DNA of 64,000 nt from Deltaproteobacteria bacterium (lineage in GTDB: Bacteria > Myxococcota_A > Polyangia > Nannocystales > Nannocystaceae). The stretch is taken from assembly GCA_016709225.1 (NCBI GenBank), contig JADJEE010000012.1:2051630-2115629 (forward strand), read 5' to 3'. Positions 44,346 through 55,277 of this stretch are shown piece after piece. How positions within the stretch are numbered: the first letter of the stretch is position 1; every line of letters begins with the position of its first letter. Both the position numbers and the translations under genes were made by a program. The notes beneath the pieces are model-generated. The model was given only the letters and a program-made list of their open reading frames with translations, had not been told where the DNA came from and searched no databases.

Positions 44346-46559
44346 GTGCCCGCGCGAACGACCCCGAAGAAAGCCGCCAAGACGTCCACCGCCCCCACGC
44401 GCAAGCGCAGCGCGGGCAAGCCCGCGGCGTCGAACGAGCGCGGTCGCAAGGCACGCGTCGAGAAGGCCACCGAAGGTCGCGACGCCCTCGGTCGTGGCGG
44501 TGAGCTCCACCAGGCCGCTCGTCCGGGCGGTGTCGTGCTCACGACCAACCAGGGCGTGGCGATCGCGGACGATCAGAACTCTCTCACCCTGGGCGAGCGG
44601 GGCCCGACGCTTCTCGAGGACTTCGTGCTGCGCGAGAAGATCACGCACTTCGATCACGAGCGCATCCCCGAGCGCATCGTGCACGCGCGCGGCTCGGCCG
44701 CCCACGGCTACTTCCAGCCCACCAAGTCGCTCGCGCACCTGACCCGCGCCGCGTTCCTGCAGGATCCCGAGGTGCGGACCCCGGTGTTCGTGCGCTTCTC
44801 GACGGTCGCCGGCGGCGCGGGCTCGGTCGATCTACCCCGCGACGTGCGGGGCTTCGCGGTGAAGTTCTACACCGAGGAGGGCAACTTCGATCTGGTCGGC
44901 AACAACATCCCGGTGTTCTTCATCCAAGACGCGATGAAGTTCCCCGACCTCGTGCACGCGGTGAAGATGGAGCCCGATCGCGGCTTCCCGCAGGCGGCCT
45001 CGGCCCACGCGACCTTCTGGGACTTCGTGTCGCTGATGCCCGAGAGCATGCACATGCTGATGTGGGCGATGTCCGACCGCGCAATCCCGCGATCGCTGCG
45101 CTTCATGGATGGCTTCGGCATCCACACCTTCCGTTTCATCGACCACGCCGGGCACGCGACCTTCGTGAAGTTCCACTGGCGTCCACGCCAGGGCGTGCAG
45201 TCGGTGCTGTGGCCGGAGGCGGTCGCCATCAACGGCGCCGACCAGGACTACCACCGCCGCGACCTGTGGCAGGCCATCGAGCGCGGTGACTACCCGGAGT
45301 TCGAGCTGGCGATCCAGTCGTTCGACGAGGACTTTGCCGAGCGCTTCGAGTTCGACGTGCTCGACCCGACCAAGCTGATTCCCGAGGAGCTGGTGCCGCT
45401 CGAGGTCATCGGCAAGCTGGTGCTCGATCGCAACCCCGACAACTTCTTCGCCGAGACCGAGCAGGCCGCATTCCACCCCGGCCACGTGGTGCCGGGCATC
45501 GACTTCAGCAACGACCCGCTGCTGCAGGGCCGGCTGTTCTCGTACCTCGACACGCAGCTGAGTCGCCTGGGCGGGCCCAACTTCCACGAGCTGCCGATCA
45601 ATCGCCCGCGGTGCCCGATGCACAACTTCCAGCGCGACGGCATCGCGCGCATGGAGGTCGCCACCGGTCGCGTGAACTACGAGCCCAATTCGCTGGCGAC
45701 GGATGGCCCGCGGGAGAGCGCGCGCGGCTTCACCAGCCACCCCGCCGAGGACGGCCCCCACAAGCTGCGTGTGCGGCCCGCCAGCTTCGCGGATCACTAC
45801 AGCCAGGCGCGCCTGTTCTGGCGCTCGATGTCGGAGGTCGAGCAGCGCCACATCGCGTCGGCATTCGCGTTCGAGCTCGGCAAGGTCGAGGTCGTCGCGA
45901 TCCGGCGGCGCATGCTCGGCCACCTCGACCTGATCGAGCCCGCGCTCGGCGAGGCCGTCGCGGGCAAGCTCGGCATGCGCGGCGAGGCCGAGGTCATCAC
46001 GCCGGCGCGCGAGCCGATCGATCTCCCGCCCGCGCCGTCGCTGTCGATGCTCGGCCGCGGCGCGCCGACGCTGTCGGGCCGCAACGTCGCGGCGCTCGTG
46101 GGGGATGGCTGCGACGCCGAGCTGCTGGGCGCGCTGCGCGACCGGCTCGAGCAGGCCGGCGCCGTGCTGACGATCATCGCGCCGCAGGTCGCCGGCGTGC
46201 ACGACGATGCCGGTGATGCCATCACGGTCGACGAGGCACTGCTCGGCGCACCGTCGTGCCTGTTCGACGCCATCGTCGTGTTGCTGCCCGGCGACGCCGC
46301 GCTCCCGCCCGATCTCCGCGCCGCCGCGACCGCGTGGATCCGCGATGCCCATACCCACTGCAAGGTGATCGGCCTTGTCGATCCGCGCTGGCTCACCGCC
46401 GCCGGCGTCGCGAAGGACGACGGCGTGATCGGCCTCGAGGGCAAGCGAGACATCGCGGCCTTCGTCGAGCGTGCGGGGGGCCTGCGAGTCTTCAGCCGCG
46501 AGGGCGCCCGTGACACGAAGCCGGCCAAGCGCGGCGCTCGGCCCCGAAGCAAGGCTTGA
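44346..46559 (+). CDS. katE: large-subunit catalase HPII-type (clade 2) with C-terminal DJ-1/PfpI-like domain
   Basis: Near-colinear with E. coli HPII text ([77 protein letters not shown]). The start is uncertain: ATG 44220 would overlap the divergent gene's start, so GTG 44346 is used. Confidence 0.9.
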   Translation: MPARTTPKKAAKTSTAPTRKRSAGKPAASNERGRKARVEKATEGRDALGRGGELHQAARPGGVVLTTNQGVAIADDQNSLTLGERGPTLLEDFVLREKITHFDHERIPERIVHARGSAAHGYFQPTKSLAHLTRAAFLQDPEVRTPVFVRFSTVAGGAGSVDLPRDVRGFAVKFYTEEGNFDLVGNNIPVFFIQDAMKFPDLVHAVKMEPDRGFPQAASAHATFWDFVSLMPESMHMLMWAMSDRAIPRSLRFMDGFGIHTFRFIDHAGHATFVKFHWRPRQGVQSVLWPEAVAINGADQDYHRRDLWQAIERGDYPEFELAIQSFDEDFAERFEFDVLDPTKLIPEELVPLEVIGKLVLDRNPDNFFAETEQAAFHPGHVVPGIDFSNDPLLQGRLFSYLDTQLSRLGGPNFHELPINRPRCPMHNFQRDGIARMEVATGRVNYEPNSLATDGPRESARGFTSHPAEDGPHKLRVRPASFADHYSQARLFWRSMSEVEQRHIASAFAFELGKVEVVAIRRRMLGHLDLIEPALGEAVAGKLGMRGEAEVITPAREPIDLPPAPSLSMLGRGAPTLSGRNVAALVGDGCDAELLGALRDRLEQAGAVLTIIAPQVAGVHDDAGDAITVDEALLGAPSCLFDAIVVLLPGDAALPPDLRAAATAWIRDAHTHCKVIGLVDPRWLTAAGVAKDDGVIGLEGKRDIAAFVERAGGLRVFSREGARDTKPAKRGARPRSKA

Positions 46560-46672
46560 TGCATCGCACCGGGCTCGCGCCGCGCGATCGACAACCGGCG
46601 GGTTCGTGGGAGAACACGATCGCGTCGAACCACACGTCGAGCGTCGGGCCCTGGGGATACGTCTCGTCGGTG

Positions 46673-48568
46673 CTACCGCGGCCCACGGGGGATCTGCGGT
46701 GGTTGGATCACCCGCGCTTGGCCCACCGGCGGCAGCTCGAAGCGCCGCAGGCCCTGCTTGGTGGCCTCGAGGAAGACCAGCTCGTCGCTGTCGAGCCGCT
46801 CGCGGAAGCGAAACGAGACCGCCTGCGGACCCTCGTTCTCGGGTGCGCGCAGCACCGTGGCACGGAACACGCCGACGTCGATGACCTCGCCCTCGTGCAG
46901 CGCGTCCTTGGGGTTGCGGAACAGCGCCTCCTGGAAGTCGACGTGGATGAAGGGCCCGATCGCCGACAGCTCGATGGTGTGATCGTCGAGTGTCCGCACG
47001 AGATGACGACGGATGTCCATGGCGAGCGCATGCCACGACTCGGGCAGCGGACGGCCGAGCATGTCCATGGTCGCGAGGCCGTAGATGCCGGTGACGAGAT
47101 CGGGTGTGGTCAGCACCATCACGTGACGGCCACGCAGGTCGATGGCGTGCACGTCCGGGCTGTCGAAGAACTCGCGATGGGCCTCGCGTACGTCGGCGAG
47201 CGCGGCCAGCTGCATGCGCACGAACAGCGCGTCGCCGACCACGTGCTCCCACAGCAGCGGCACCACCAGCAAGCTGGTGCCGAGGCGACGCAGCAGGTGC
47301 CCCGCGCGACGGCTTCGCCACATGCGGACCAGCGCCACCACGACCGCGGCGAAGAAGGTCGCACCGCCGAGGCTGGGGATGCCAATCGCCCGCGTCGCTG
47401 GCGGGATCGCAGCCAGCGGCAACAACCCCAGCAAGCTGCCCCACACCAGCCACGCCACGCCACGGCGCTCGCGCGGCGTGAGGTACGAACGACATGCCCG
47501 CCACAGGAACGTCACCACCAGCACGGTGACGATTCCGGCCAGCCACGCGTGCCGCCACGATCGCGCGGGGGGATCGAACTCGATACCGCGGAACACCGCG
47601 GGCGGGATCCCCGTCCAGCCGTAGCGCAGCCACAGGCGCTCGGTCTCGCCGGGCAACCCGATGAACACCTCCGAGGCCATGCGCAGCAATCGGTTCGCGA
47701 GCTCGTAGACGAAGGTGCTGGTGTCGGTCAGCGGATCGACGTAGGTCGTGGCGCCGTAGACCCCGCAGCCGATCGCGACATACGCGATCGCGAACGCCAC
47801 CGCGATCACGCCGGCCGGCAGCATCGCAACGATGCGCGCGCGCCAGCCGTCGCGGGTGTAGAGCAGCTCCCACACCAACAACAACGCCAGCACGCTGATC
47901 GCGTACTCACCGGCCGCGAACGCGGCCGCCCACAGCAGCAGCTCGATCGCGACCAGGCGGCCCGCGCGGCCTCGCAGCCGCCAGCGCGCGTGCACGAGCA
48001 GCGCCGCGTAGCCGAACACCGCCGAGATCAACGCGCAGCGGTTGGCCAGCCAACTCGCCGTCCAGGCCAGCGGCTCGTCGATCGCGACTGCGACCAACGC
48101 GACCACGGCGATGCGTCGCCCGACCGAGCCGGCGAGCATGCGCCACGCCCCGTAGAGCATCGCGGCCATCCACGCGAACGAGTGCACATGGGGCCAGATC
48201 GAGTCGCGCGGCAGGTACTTGGCGTCGACGTACACGAACAGGCTCGATAGCGGCCGCAGGTGCGCGAAGCGGAAGTGCGGCACCGTCCACCACGGCAGGC
48301 TGCCCTTGGCGGTGTGGACCGCGGTCGCGGCCGGATCGTCGAGCGCGAAGAAGTACAGGCCGAAGGGCGACTTGGGGCCGAACAGGCCGTCGACGTAGGC
48401 GAGCTGGAAGAGGTCGTCGGCAAGCGGCCCGAAGCGCAGCGCCGGTGCGTAGAGGATCACCGCACCGACGATCACCAGCGCGAGCACGACGCGATCGACG
48501 ACGCGCCAGCGCGCCAAGCTGACGGGGCGATGCGCACTCACGGGAGCTCTCGCCATACCACGACGCAT
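46673..48568 (-). CDS. polytopic membrane protein, GT-C-like glycosyltransferase candidate (about 14 TM helices + about 250-aa C-terminal soluble domain)
   Basis: Starting at about MRRGMARAPVSAHRPVSLARW it has a TM1, a first loop with a DD motif (GPLADDLFQLAYVDG), and many W/F-rich helices. The start (48541-48568) overlaps the upstream UbiA-family gene's 3' end. Confidence 0.55.
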   Translation of the reverse strand: MRRGMARAPVSAHRPVSLARWRVVDRVVLALVIVGAVILYAPALRFGPLADDLFQLAYVDGLFGPKSPFGLYFFALDDPAATAVHTAKGSLPWWTVPHFRFAHLRPLSSLFVYVDAKYLPRDSIWPHVHSFAWMAAMLYGAWRMLAGSVGRRIAVVALVAVAIDEPLAWTASWLANRCALISAVFGYAALLVHARWRLRGRAGRLVAIELLLWAAAFAAGEYAISVLALLLVWELLYTRDGWRARIVAMLPAGVIAVAFAIAYVAIGCGVYGATTYVDPLTDTSTFVYELANRLLRMASEVFIGLPGETERLWLRYGWTGIPPAVFRGIEFDPPARSWRHAWLAGIVTVLVVTFLWRACRSYLTPRERRGVAWLVWGSLLGLLPLAAIPPATRAIGIPSLGGATFFAAVVVALVRMWRSRRAGHLLRRLGTSLLVVPLLWEHVVGDALFVRMQLAALADVREAHREFFDSPDVHAIDLRGRHVMVLTTPDLVTGIYGLATMDMLGRPLPESWHALAMDIRRHLVRTLDDHTIELSAIGPFIHVDFQEALFRNPKDALHEGEVIDVGVFRATVLRAPENEGPQAVSFRFRERLDSDELVFLEATKQGLRRFELPPVGQARVIQPPQIPRGPR

Positions 48569-49347
48569 GCCAGGAGGAACGAGATGCCCGACAGCAGGCG
48601 CAGTCGGTTCCACACCCGCGGGATCGGCCGATCGCGCATCGGTGTGACGATCGCCACCACCGCCGGCAACGCCACCCACAGGCCGAAGTGCATCAGCGCG
48701 TGCAGGGCCGCCAGTGCCGCGAGCACGCGCGCCATCGCCATCGTCGCCGGCACACCGAGCGCGACTGCGGTGGTCCGCACGCCGCGATCGCGATCGACCT
48801 CGACGTCGCGCAGCACCTGCACGCACTCGAAGACCCCCGAGAAGAGCCCCAGCAGCAGCACCAACGGCAGCACCTGCGGCAGCCGCTCGCTCGGCACGCC
48901 GACCAACGGCATCGCCATGCCCCACGCCATCATCGCCGCGACATCGAGCAGCGGCTTGCGCTTGAGCACCGCCGAGTAGGCCCAGCAGACCCCACCGCCG
49001 AGCAGCAGCGGCAGCCACAGGCCCTCGCCCTGCCACCACGCCCACCCGAGCAGCACCGCGAGCAGCCACAGCTGCACCCGCAACGCAGCGGCGCGATGCG
49101 ACAACAGGTACTCGGTCTTGCCGCGCTCGCGACCATCCGCGTCGAGATCGGCCGCGCCGTCGCAGAAGTCGTTGTTGAGGTAGACCAGCAGGTTCAGCGC
49201 GAAGCCGAACGCCAGCCGCACCGCCACCGCGCCGGTCGACAGGCCCAGCACCAGCGCCAGCGCCAGCGCGCCCGCGAGGTTGGCCATCTCGAGCCGACGG
49301 AGGCGATAGCTCGCGACGTCGAGGAGGATCTGGATCTCGGCGCGCAC
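48538..49347 (-). CDS. UbiA-family polyprenyl transferase (NDxxDxxxD motif), start uncertain (49287-49347)
   Basis: YLNNDFCDGAADLDADGRERGKT, multiple TM helices and a second Asp-rich motif DVEVDRDRG. The upstream 110 codons of the ORF are junk. Confidence 0.65.
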   Translation of the reverse strand: MRAEIQILLDVASYRLRRLEMANLAGALALALVLGLSTGAVAVRLAFGFALNLLVYLNNDFCDGAADLDADGRERGKTEYLLSHRAAALRVQLWLLAVLLGWAWWQGEGLWLPLLLGGGVCWAYSAVLKRKPLLDVAAMMAWGMAMPLVGVPSERLPQVLPLVLLLGLFSGVFECVQVLRDVEVDRDRGVRTTAVALGVPATMAMARVLAALAALHALMHFGLWVALPAVVAIVTPMRDRPIPRVWNRLRLLSGISFLLACVVVWRELP

Positions 49348-49447
49348 GCGAGCGGGTGCGGGATGGTCCCACGGAATGCGCGGCCGCGGAAGTTGGCCGC
49401 CGGCCTCGCCCGACGCCCGCGCGCCGGGTCGAGCCGGCCCGCGTCCG

Positions 49448-52318
49448 TCAGCGCTGATGCTCGGCGCGCCACTTGGTGGCCTCGTCGCGCGCGGTGGGGT
49501 AGCCCTCCTGCGCCTTGGCGTAGCCGGCGATCGCATCGTCGGCCAGGGTGATCGCGCGACCGCGATCGCCTCCGCCGTCCCACAGCGCACGGGCCAGCGC
49601 AAACTGGGCGTCGGCGCGATCGACCGGATCGATGTCGCTGCCGCGACGCAGCGCCACCGCGCGCTCGAGCGGCTCGATCGCGCGGGTCGGCGCATCGAGG
49701 GCCAGCTGCGCCAGCCCCACGCCGGTCAGCGGGTACGCGAGATCGGGGTGCTCGCGACCGAGCGCCTGCTCCGAGATGCGCAGCGCCGTGGTGTAGTTGG
49801 CCAGCGCGTCAGCAGCCTCGCCGTTGTCGTACTGCACGCTCGCGAGGTTGTTGTAGCCGCGCCCGAGCTCGGGGTGGTCGGCGCCGAGCGTGCGCTCGAA
49901 CAGCCCGATCGCGACGCGGTACTCGGCCTTCGACCGCTCGCGCTGCCCGGCCTGCTTGGCCAGCTCGGCCATGTTGAACGTGAGGCGCGCGATGTTGGGG
50001 TGCTCGTCACCGAGCTTCTCCCGCAGGATCTCGCGCGCGCGGCCGTAGTGGTCGAGCGCTTCGTCGAGCCGTCGCTCGGTCACCAGCGTGTTGGCGACGT
50101 TGTTGAGCGAGAACGCGACCTCGGGGTGGCGAGGCCCGAGCGAGGCCTCCTGGATCGCCAGCGCCCGCTCGTAGCGCCCCTTGGCCGCCGCGTACTCGCC
50201 GGCCTCGAACTCGATGCTGCCCAGGTGCGTCAGCGTGCGCGCGACGGTGGGGTGCTGCGGCCCGTAGCGCACCTCGATGATCTCGATCGCCCGCAGCACG
50301 TGCTCGCGCGCGCGACCGATCTCGCCGCGGGCCGCGAGCGTGCGCGCGAGGTTGACCAGCGTGCTGCCATCGACCGCGGCCGCACCCAGGGACTCGCGCA
50401 GTGCCAACGCGCGCTCGTGCAGCGCCTGGGCGGCCGGGTAGTCGCCTTGGTCGTGGGCGATCATGCCGCGGGTGCTGGCGAGCTCGGCCTCGAGATCTGC
50501 GGGCTCACCGATCCTGTGCAGCGCGACCTCGGCGTGACGGGCGTAGTCGGCCGCGGGCCCGTGCTGCGCCTTGGTGTGACCGGCCGTGTACAGCAGGCCG
50601 ATCCACGCCCGCGCCGCCAGCCCATCGTCGCCACCGGCCGCGGCGGCATCGGTCGCGCGTAGGTACGCCGCGATCGCGGGGTCGGGCTCGCCGCGACGGC
50701 TCTCGATCTCCGCCGACAGGAGCTCCGCCTCGGCCAGCAGCGGCAAGTGGCCGATCGCGGCGGCCTCGACCACCAGCGGCACGACCGCGGACTTCGCATC
50801 GTCGTAGCGACCGGCCCCCAGCAGCGCGGCCACGCGACTCGCCTCGGCGTTAGCGGCCTCGATGCGCTGGAGGACGGCCGGATCGGTCGGCATCGTCGAT
50901 GCGCCGGCGCCGGTGGTCGCGGCACACCCATCGACCGCGGGCAGCGACAGCATCGCATCGACCGCGCGCTCACCGACCGCAGCATCGGCCGTCGCCAGCA
51001 CGTCGACCATCGCCGCCAACCCCTGTCTGCGACGTTGCAGGCAGCTGATCTCGCGGTCGAGCTCGGGGCCGTCGTCCGGCTGCGCCGCCGCCATGGCCTC
51101 GCAGTTCGCTCGCTGTGCAGCGAGCAATGCGTTGGCGTAGTCGTCGAGCCCGGACAACACCGAGCTGGTGGTCGCGTCGGCATAGCTCGGCGCGGTGGCG
51201 GTGAGCGCCCGCGCGACCTCGTCGCGGCGGGTCGGATCCCAGATGCCGTCGAGCGCCGCGTCGACCCGCGTGCACGCGCCGTGATCGCTGCGCGAGCGCA
51301 CCACCGTGGCCGAGAGCGCCGCAGTGCAGGCCAGCACGCCTGCGCCGATCGCCAGCCGTCGACGCGCAGGCCGAGGGTCGTGGGCGAGCGCGTCGACCAG
51401 CGCCGTCATGCTCGCGAAGCGCTGCTCGGGCGCGGCCGCGAGCCCGCGACGCAGGGTGCGACGCAGGTGGGCCGAGACCCCGCGCCCCGGCGGCATCTCG
51501 CGCAGGTGTTGGCCGTGCTTGGCGGCGGCGAGCTCTTCGACCGAGTCGCCCGCGAACGGGCGCTGGCCGAACACCGCCTCGTAGAGCGCGACGCACAGCG
51601 CGAACTGATCCGAGGCCGGCACCGCCTGCCCACCGTGCTGCTCGGGCGCCATGTACAACGGCGTGCCCAGCACCCAACCCGACAACGTGAGCGCGGCGAT
51701 CTCGTGGCTGGTGCCGGTGGTCGCCGCGGTGCTCATCGCCTCGGGGGTCGAGTCCTGCGCGTCCGGTGGCCGCGCGAGCCCGAAGTCGAGCACCAGCACA
51801 CGGCCGGCGTCGGCGCCCGCGCCGATCATGACGTTGTCGGGTTTGAAGTCGCGGTGCACGAGGCCGGCACCGTGGGCCGCAGCGAGCCCGCGCCCGGCGG
51901 CGATGAAGCAGCGCAGGATCTCCTGCTGCGATCGCGGTGCATCGCGCAGCCAGCGTCGCAGCGTCACGCCCTCGACGAACTCCATCGCCACGTAGACACG
52001 ACCGCCGATGCTGCCGACATCGTGCACGGTGATGACGTTGGGATGCGACAACAACGCCATCGCCTGGGCCTCACGCAGCAGGCGCGCCCGCGCGATCGCG
52101 TCGCGGTCGGTGCCGAAGTCCCGGGCACGCAGCAGCTTGATCGCGACCTTGCGATCGAGGCGCTCGTCGTGGGCCAGCAGCACCACCCCCATGCCACCTC
52201 GACCGAGCGTGCGCTGCACGACGTAGCGACCGATGCGCGCGCCCGGCTCGAGGCTCGGCGCCTCGCAGGCAGGCTCGTCGAAACGCGGCGTGCGATCGTC
52301 GTCCACGGCATCGATCAT
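49448..52318 (-). CDS. Ser/Thr protein kinase with long C-terminal TPR (kinesin-light-chain-like) array
   Basis: GRGGMGVVL, VAIKLL, HRDFKPDN, DFGLA and APE, then about 600 aa of TPR_10/12-like repeats (ALHERALALRESLG..., RYERALAIQEASLGPRHPEVA...). Confidence 0.85.
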   Translation of the reverse strand: MIDAVDDDRTPRFDEPACEAPSLEPGARIGRYVVQRTLGRGGMGVVLLAHDERLDRKVAIKLLRARDFGTDRDAIARARLLREAQAMALLSHPNVITVHDVGSIGGRVYVAMEFVEGVTLRRWLRDAPRSQQEILRCFIAAGRGLAAAHGAGLVHRDFKPDNVMIGAGADAGRVLVLDFGLARPPDAQDSTPEAMSTAATTGTSHEIAALTLSGWVLGTPLYMAPEQHGGQAVPASDQFALCVALYEAVFGQRPFAGDSVEELAAAKHGQHLREMPPGRGVSAHLRRTLRRGLAAAPEQRFASMTALVDALAHDPRPARRRLAIGAGVLACTAALSATVVRSRSDHGACTRVDAALDGIWDPTRRDEVARALTATAPSYADATTSSVLSGLDDYANALLAAQRANCEAMAAAQPDDGPELDREISCLQRRRQGLAAMVDVLATADAAVGERAVDAMLSLPAVDGCAATTGAGASTMPTDPAVLQRIEAANAEASRVAALLGAGRYDDAKSAVVPLVVEAAAIGHLPLLAEAELLSAEIESRRGEPDPAIAAYLRATDAAAAGGDDGLAARAWIGLLYTAGHTKAQHGPAADYARHAEVALHRIGEPADLEAELASTRGMIAHDQGDYPAAQALHERALALRESLGAAAVDGSTLVNLARTLAARGEIGRAREHVLRAIEIIEVRYGPQHPTVARTLTHLGSIEFEAGEYAAAKGRYERALAIQEASLGPRHPEVAFSLNNVANTLVTERRLDEALDHYGRAREILREKLGDEHPNIARLTFNMAELAKQAGQRERSKAEYRVAIGLFERTLGADHPELGRGYNNLASVQYDNGEAADALANYTTALRISEQALGREHPDLAYPLTGVGLAQLALDAPTRAIEPLERAVALRRGSDIDPVDRADAQFALARALWDGGGDRGRAITLADDAIAGYAKAQEGYPTARDEATKWRAEHQR

Positions 52319-52461
52319 ACGCCGCGTCCGGCATCGACTGTTTCGGGGATTACGTAGCACCTCGACGGCGGGCGCGGGCGCGCGGTGCGATCGCGTACGC
52401 AATGATCGCCCGCACCGCGGGCGCTCGCGCGACCACGCGCGCCGAGCAGGCGCGCGATCGA

Positions 52462-54396
52462 TCAGTAGCGCTGCACGATCGCGAAGTCGGCCGGGTGCGG
52501 CGCCGGTACCCGGAAGAACCCCACCGGGTCACCTTCGACCGCCACCGGCACCATCTCGCAGCCCGGCTCGCAGTGCAGCGTCGGCGCGGGATGGAACTTC
52601 ACCAGCACATCGACCTTGGGGTCGGTGCCGCGCACGACGATGCGGTTGGTGGTGACCTCGAGCGTGCCGCGCGGTGGCTCGAGCAGGTGCGTCGCCGCCT
52701 TCACCTTGTAGAAGCGAAACGGTGGCAGCTCGGCGACGCGCTGAAGCGCTTCGTTCTTGTCCCACCACGGCGTCACCTCGCGCGACGACGACACCACCAC
52801 CCAACGGATGCCGTAGGTCTTCGCGTAGGCCTCGAGCTCGGCGGCCGGGATGATGCCCTGGGGTCGGCGGCGCAGGATGTTGGCCCAGCTGTGCTCGAGG
52901 TTGCGCCAGATGAAGCCGCCCATGATCTGCGCGTCGGTCTTCCACGCCAGCTGCTCGCCCCAGCTCCAGCCATCGACGAGCCAGCGGCCCTGCCCGTCGT
53001 CGTGCGCGCTGACCCACTTTGCGACGTCGTCGCGGTGCCAGTTGGCGTAGCTGTAGTCGACCGGCGCGACGTGCCCGAGCGCCGAGAACCACACCTTCTC
53101 GCCGTGGGGCAGCGGTCGCACGTCCGGCAGCGAGCGCGCGGTGAAGTAGAGCACGTCCTGGGCGATCCACAGCGTGGTTCCGATGCCGAGCACCGCCGCG
53201 GTCCGCCGCGCGGCGATCGGCCAGCTGCGCCACGACTTCGCACGCCACTGCGCGTGCACCCACGACGCGGCCGGGATCGTCGCGAGCAGACCGAGCGGCG
53301 CGACGTGGCGATACGGCTGCACATGCGACAGCGGCGTGCCACCCCCGAAGTAGGCGATGAGCGCGAGCACGATCATCGTCAGCCCGATCGGCAGCGCCTT
53401 GGCGTCGCCGCGACGCCACCACGCGACCACGCCGAGCGTGCCCAGCACGATCCACGTGATGCGGATCGTCGCGCGGGTGGCGACGATGCCCGTGACCGCG
53501 GGATCGTCGAGCAGGTTGAACAGGTCGTAGAGCACCGCCGCCAGGCTGCGATCGCCGAACAGCGACGAGTCGAGGATGTAGGACCACCACTGCGCGGCGA
53601 CTCGCAGCCACCACAGGTTCATCGCGACCGTGAAGATCGCCATGCCCCACACCGCCAGGTGACCGCGCCGATCGAGCTCCCGTGCCCCCCGCACGTAGAC
53701 CACCGCGAGCGGCGTGACCAGCAGCAGGAACGAGTACGGGTGCACGAGGTGGCACACACCCATGAGCAGCGCCACGCCCACGCCCCGGACGAGGCCGCGC
53801 CGCTGCCACCAGCGCAGGAACAACGCCAGCGGCAGCAGACACATCCAGCTCGCGGTCGCGTACGCGAGCATGCCGACGTACCAGCACCAGTGCAGCCACG
53901 AGTCGAACGCCCACAGCAGCACCGCGGCGGCGGCGGCCAACAGCGCGGCGTTGCGCTGGAGGTCGAGCCAACGCGCCGCGAGGTAGATTGCGGGCACCAG
54001 TCCGACGTGGGCGAACACCACGAACAGGTTGAACGCCAACGGCTGCGACACGCCGACCTCGGTGAGCAACCACGTCCACGTCGCCCAGCCGATGTTGTCG
54101 GCCTCGAAAATCGTGCCGGTCGGATAGCCCGCGACCAGCCGCGGGTCCCACACCCAGTGGCGGCGCCACGTGTGCAGCCCCTCCACCATCCGCCAGGTCT
54201 GGTGGATGTGCGTGTCGAAGTCGAGGCCGGCGACCGGTCGCGGCTCGAACAGCTCGGCGCCGCCGAAGTAGCGCAGCACCCACAGCTGCGCCGCCATCAC
54301 GGCTGCAAACGCGAGCACGAAGCGCAGCGAGGGTCGACGCCAAGTCGTTGCGGTCGCAGGCTCGCTCAAGTCCGGGCGGCAGCGTAACACGTCCAC
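52462..54396 (-). CDS. polytopic membrane protein (GT-C/YfhO-like candidate)
   Basis: 644 aa, extremely W-rich, about 13 TM helices, with a loop containing GLDFDTH and a C-terminal 200-aa soluble domain. Confidence 0.55.
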   Translation of the reverse strand: MDVLRCRPDLSEPATATTWRRPSLRFVLAFAAVMAAQLWVLRYFGGAELFEPRPVAGLDFDTHIHQTWRMVEGLHTWRRHWVWDPRLVAGYPTGTIFEADNIGWATWTWLLTEVGVSQPLAFNLFVVFAHVGLVPAIYLAARWLDLQRNAALLAAAAAVLLWAFDSWLHWCWYVGMLAYATASWMCLLPLALFLRWWQRRGLVRGVGVALLMGVCHLVHPYSFLLLVTPLAVVYVRGARELDRRGHLAVWGMAIFTVAMNLWWLRVAAQWWSYILDSSLFGDRSLAAVLYDLFNLLDDPAVTGIVATRATIRITWIVLGTLGVVAWWRRGDAKALPIGLTMIVLALIAYFGGGTPLSHVQPYRHVAPLGLLATIPAASWVHAQWRAKSWRSWPIAARRTAAVLGIGTTLWIAQDVLYFTARSLPDVRPLPHGEKVWFSALGHVAPVDYSYANWHRDDVAKWVSAHDDGQGRWLVDGWSWGEQLAWKTDAQIMGGFIWRNLEHSWANILRRRPQGIIPAAELEAYAKTYGIRWVVVSSSREVTPWWDKNEALQRVAELPPFRFYKVKAATHLLEPPRGTLEVTTNRIVVRGTDPKVDVLVKFHPAPTLHCEPGCEMVPVAVEGDPVGFFRVPAPHPADFAIVQRY

Positions 54397-54437
54397 CGCG
54401 CCGCCCCCAAGGCCGGGCTCGGGTGACGCCTCCGACG

Positions 54438-55034
54438 TCAGTCGATCGGCAGATCGCCGTCGTCGCCCCCGCCGCAGGTCGAGTATTCACGACCGGTGCA
54501 CTCGACGAACTCGTGGGGCCGCCGGATCGGGATGTGCCACCACTGCTGCCCGGTCTGCAGGTCTTCGCAGATCTCGAGGCTGCAGTTCGAGCACGAGTTC
54601 TGGCACACGATGTCGTCCACGATCTCGGCATCGACTTGGTAGCAGTTGTGCGGCGGCCACCACGGCCCCGGCGGGATGTCGAAGCTGGGCGCGGCGGGGG
54701 GCGCTTCGACGGTGAACCGCGTGGGCTCGGGCTCGCCGACATACGGTGTCCACGGTTCGAGGTCATGGAAGTCGCACTGCCACACCAACTCGTAGGTACC
54801 GGTGTAGAAGCGACAACCCTCCTCGTACGAGCTGGCACAGGCCGCCGCCGGCTCGACTTCGCCGTGCAGCTCGTCGCTCGCGCTGGGCTCGTCGACGGCG
54901 TCGCGAGTTCGCAGGTCGACGTCCTCATCGAGCTCGATCTCCGGCGCCGGCGCCACGTCGTCGAGGTCTCCATCGTCGTCGAGATCGCAGCTCGCAGCAA
55001 ACCAGAGCATCAAGAGGATTCGTGACTTGGTCAT
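54438..55034 (-). CDS. acidic Cys-rich lipoprotein
   Basis: MTKSRILLMLWFAASCDLDDD has a lipobox with Asp at +2. There are 14 Cys residues and it is very acidic. Confidence 0.6.
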   Translation of the reverse strand: MTKSRILLMLWFAASCDLDDDGDLDDVAPAPEIELDEDVDLRTRDAVDEPSASDELHGEVEPAAACASSYEEGCRFYTGTYELVWQCDFHDLEPWTPYVGEPEPTRFTVEAPPAAPSFDIPPGPWWPPHNCYQVDAEIVDDIVCQNSCSNCSLEICEDLQTGQQWWHIPIRRPHEFVECTGREYSTCGGGDDGDLPID

Positions 55035-55277
55035 GACCTGCTGACTCGCGAGGCGTCCAGCTGATCACGCGATCGTGCGATGACGTCGGACCCAGCCGCG
55101 ATCGCGATCGAACGGCCATTGCGCGCGGGCGTTCGTCCCACGGACGAGTCACCGATGACGGATTCGCCCGGTCGTGGGCATTGCTCGCAGGACGAAGGCC
55201 GGAACGCGGTCGGGCGGACGCGTGGGCGTCCGCTGTGGGCGAGCAATTGGACGCGCGGGTGCGCGAAGGAGGCGAGC

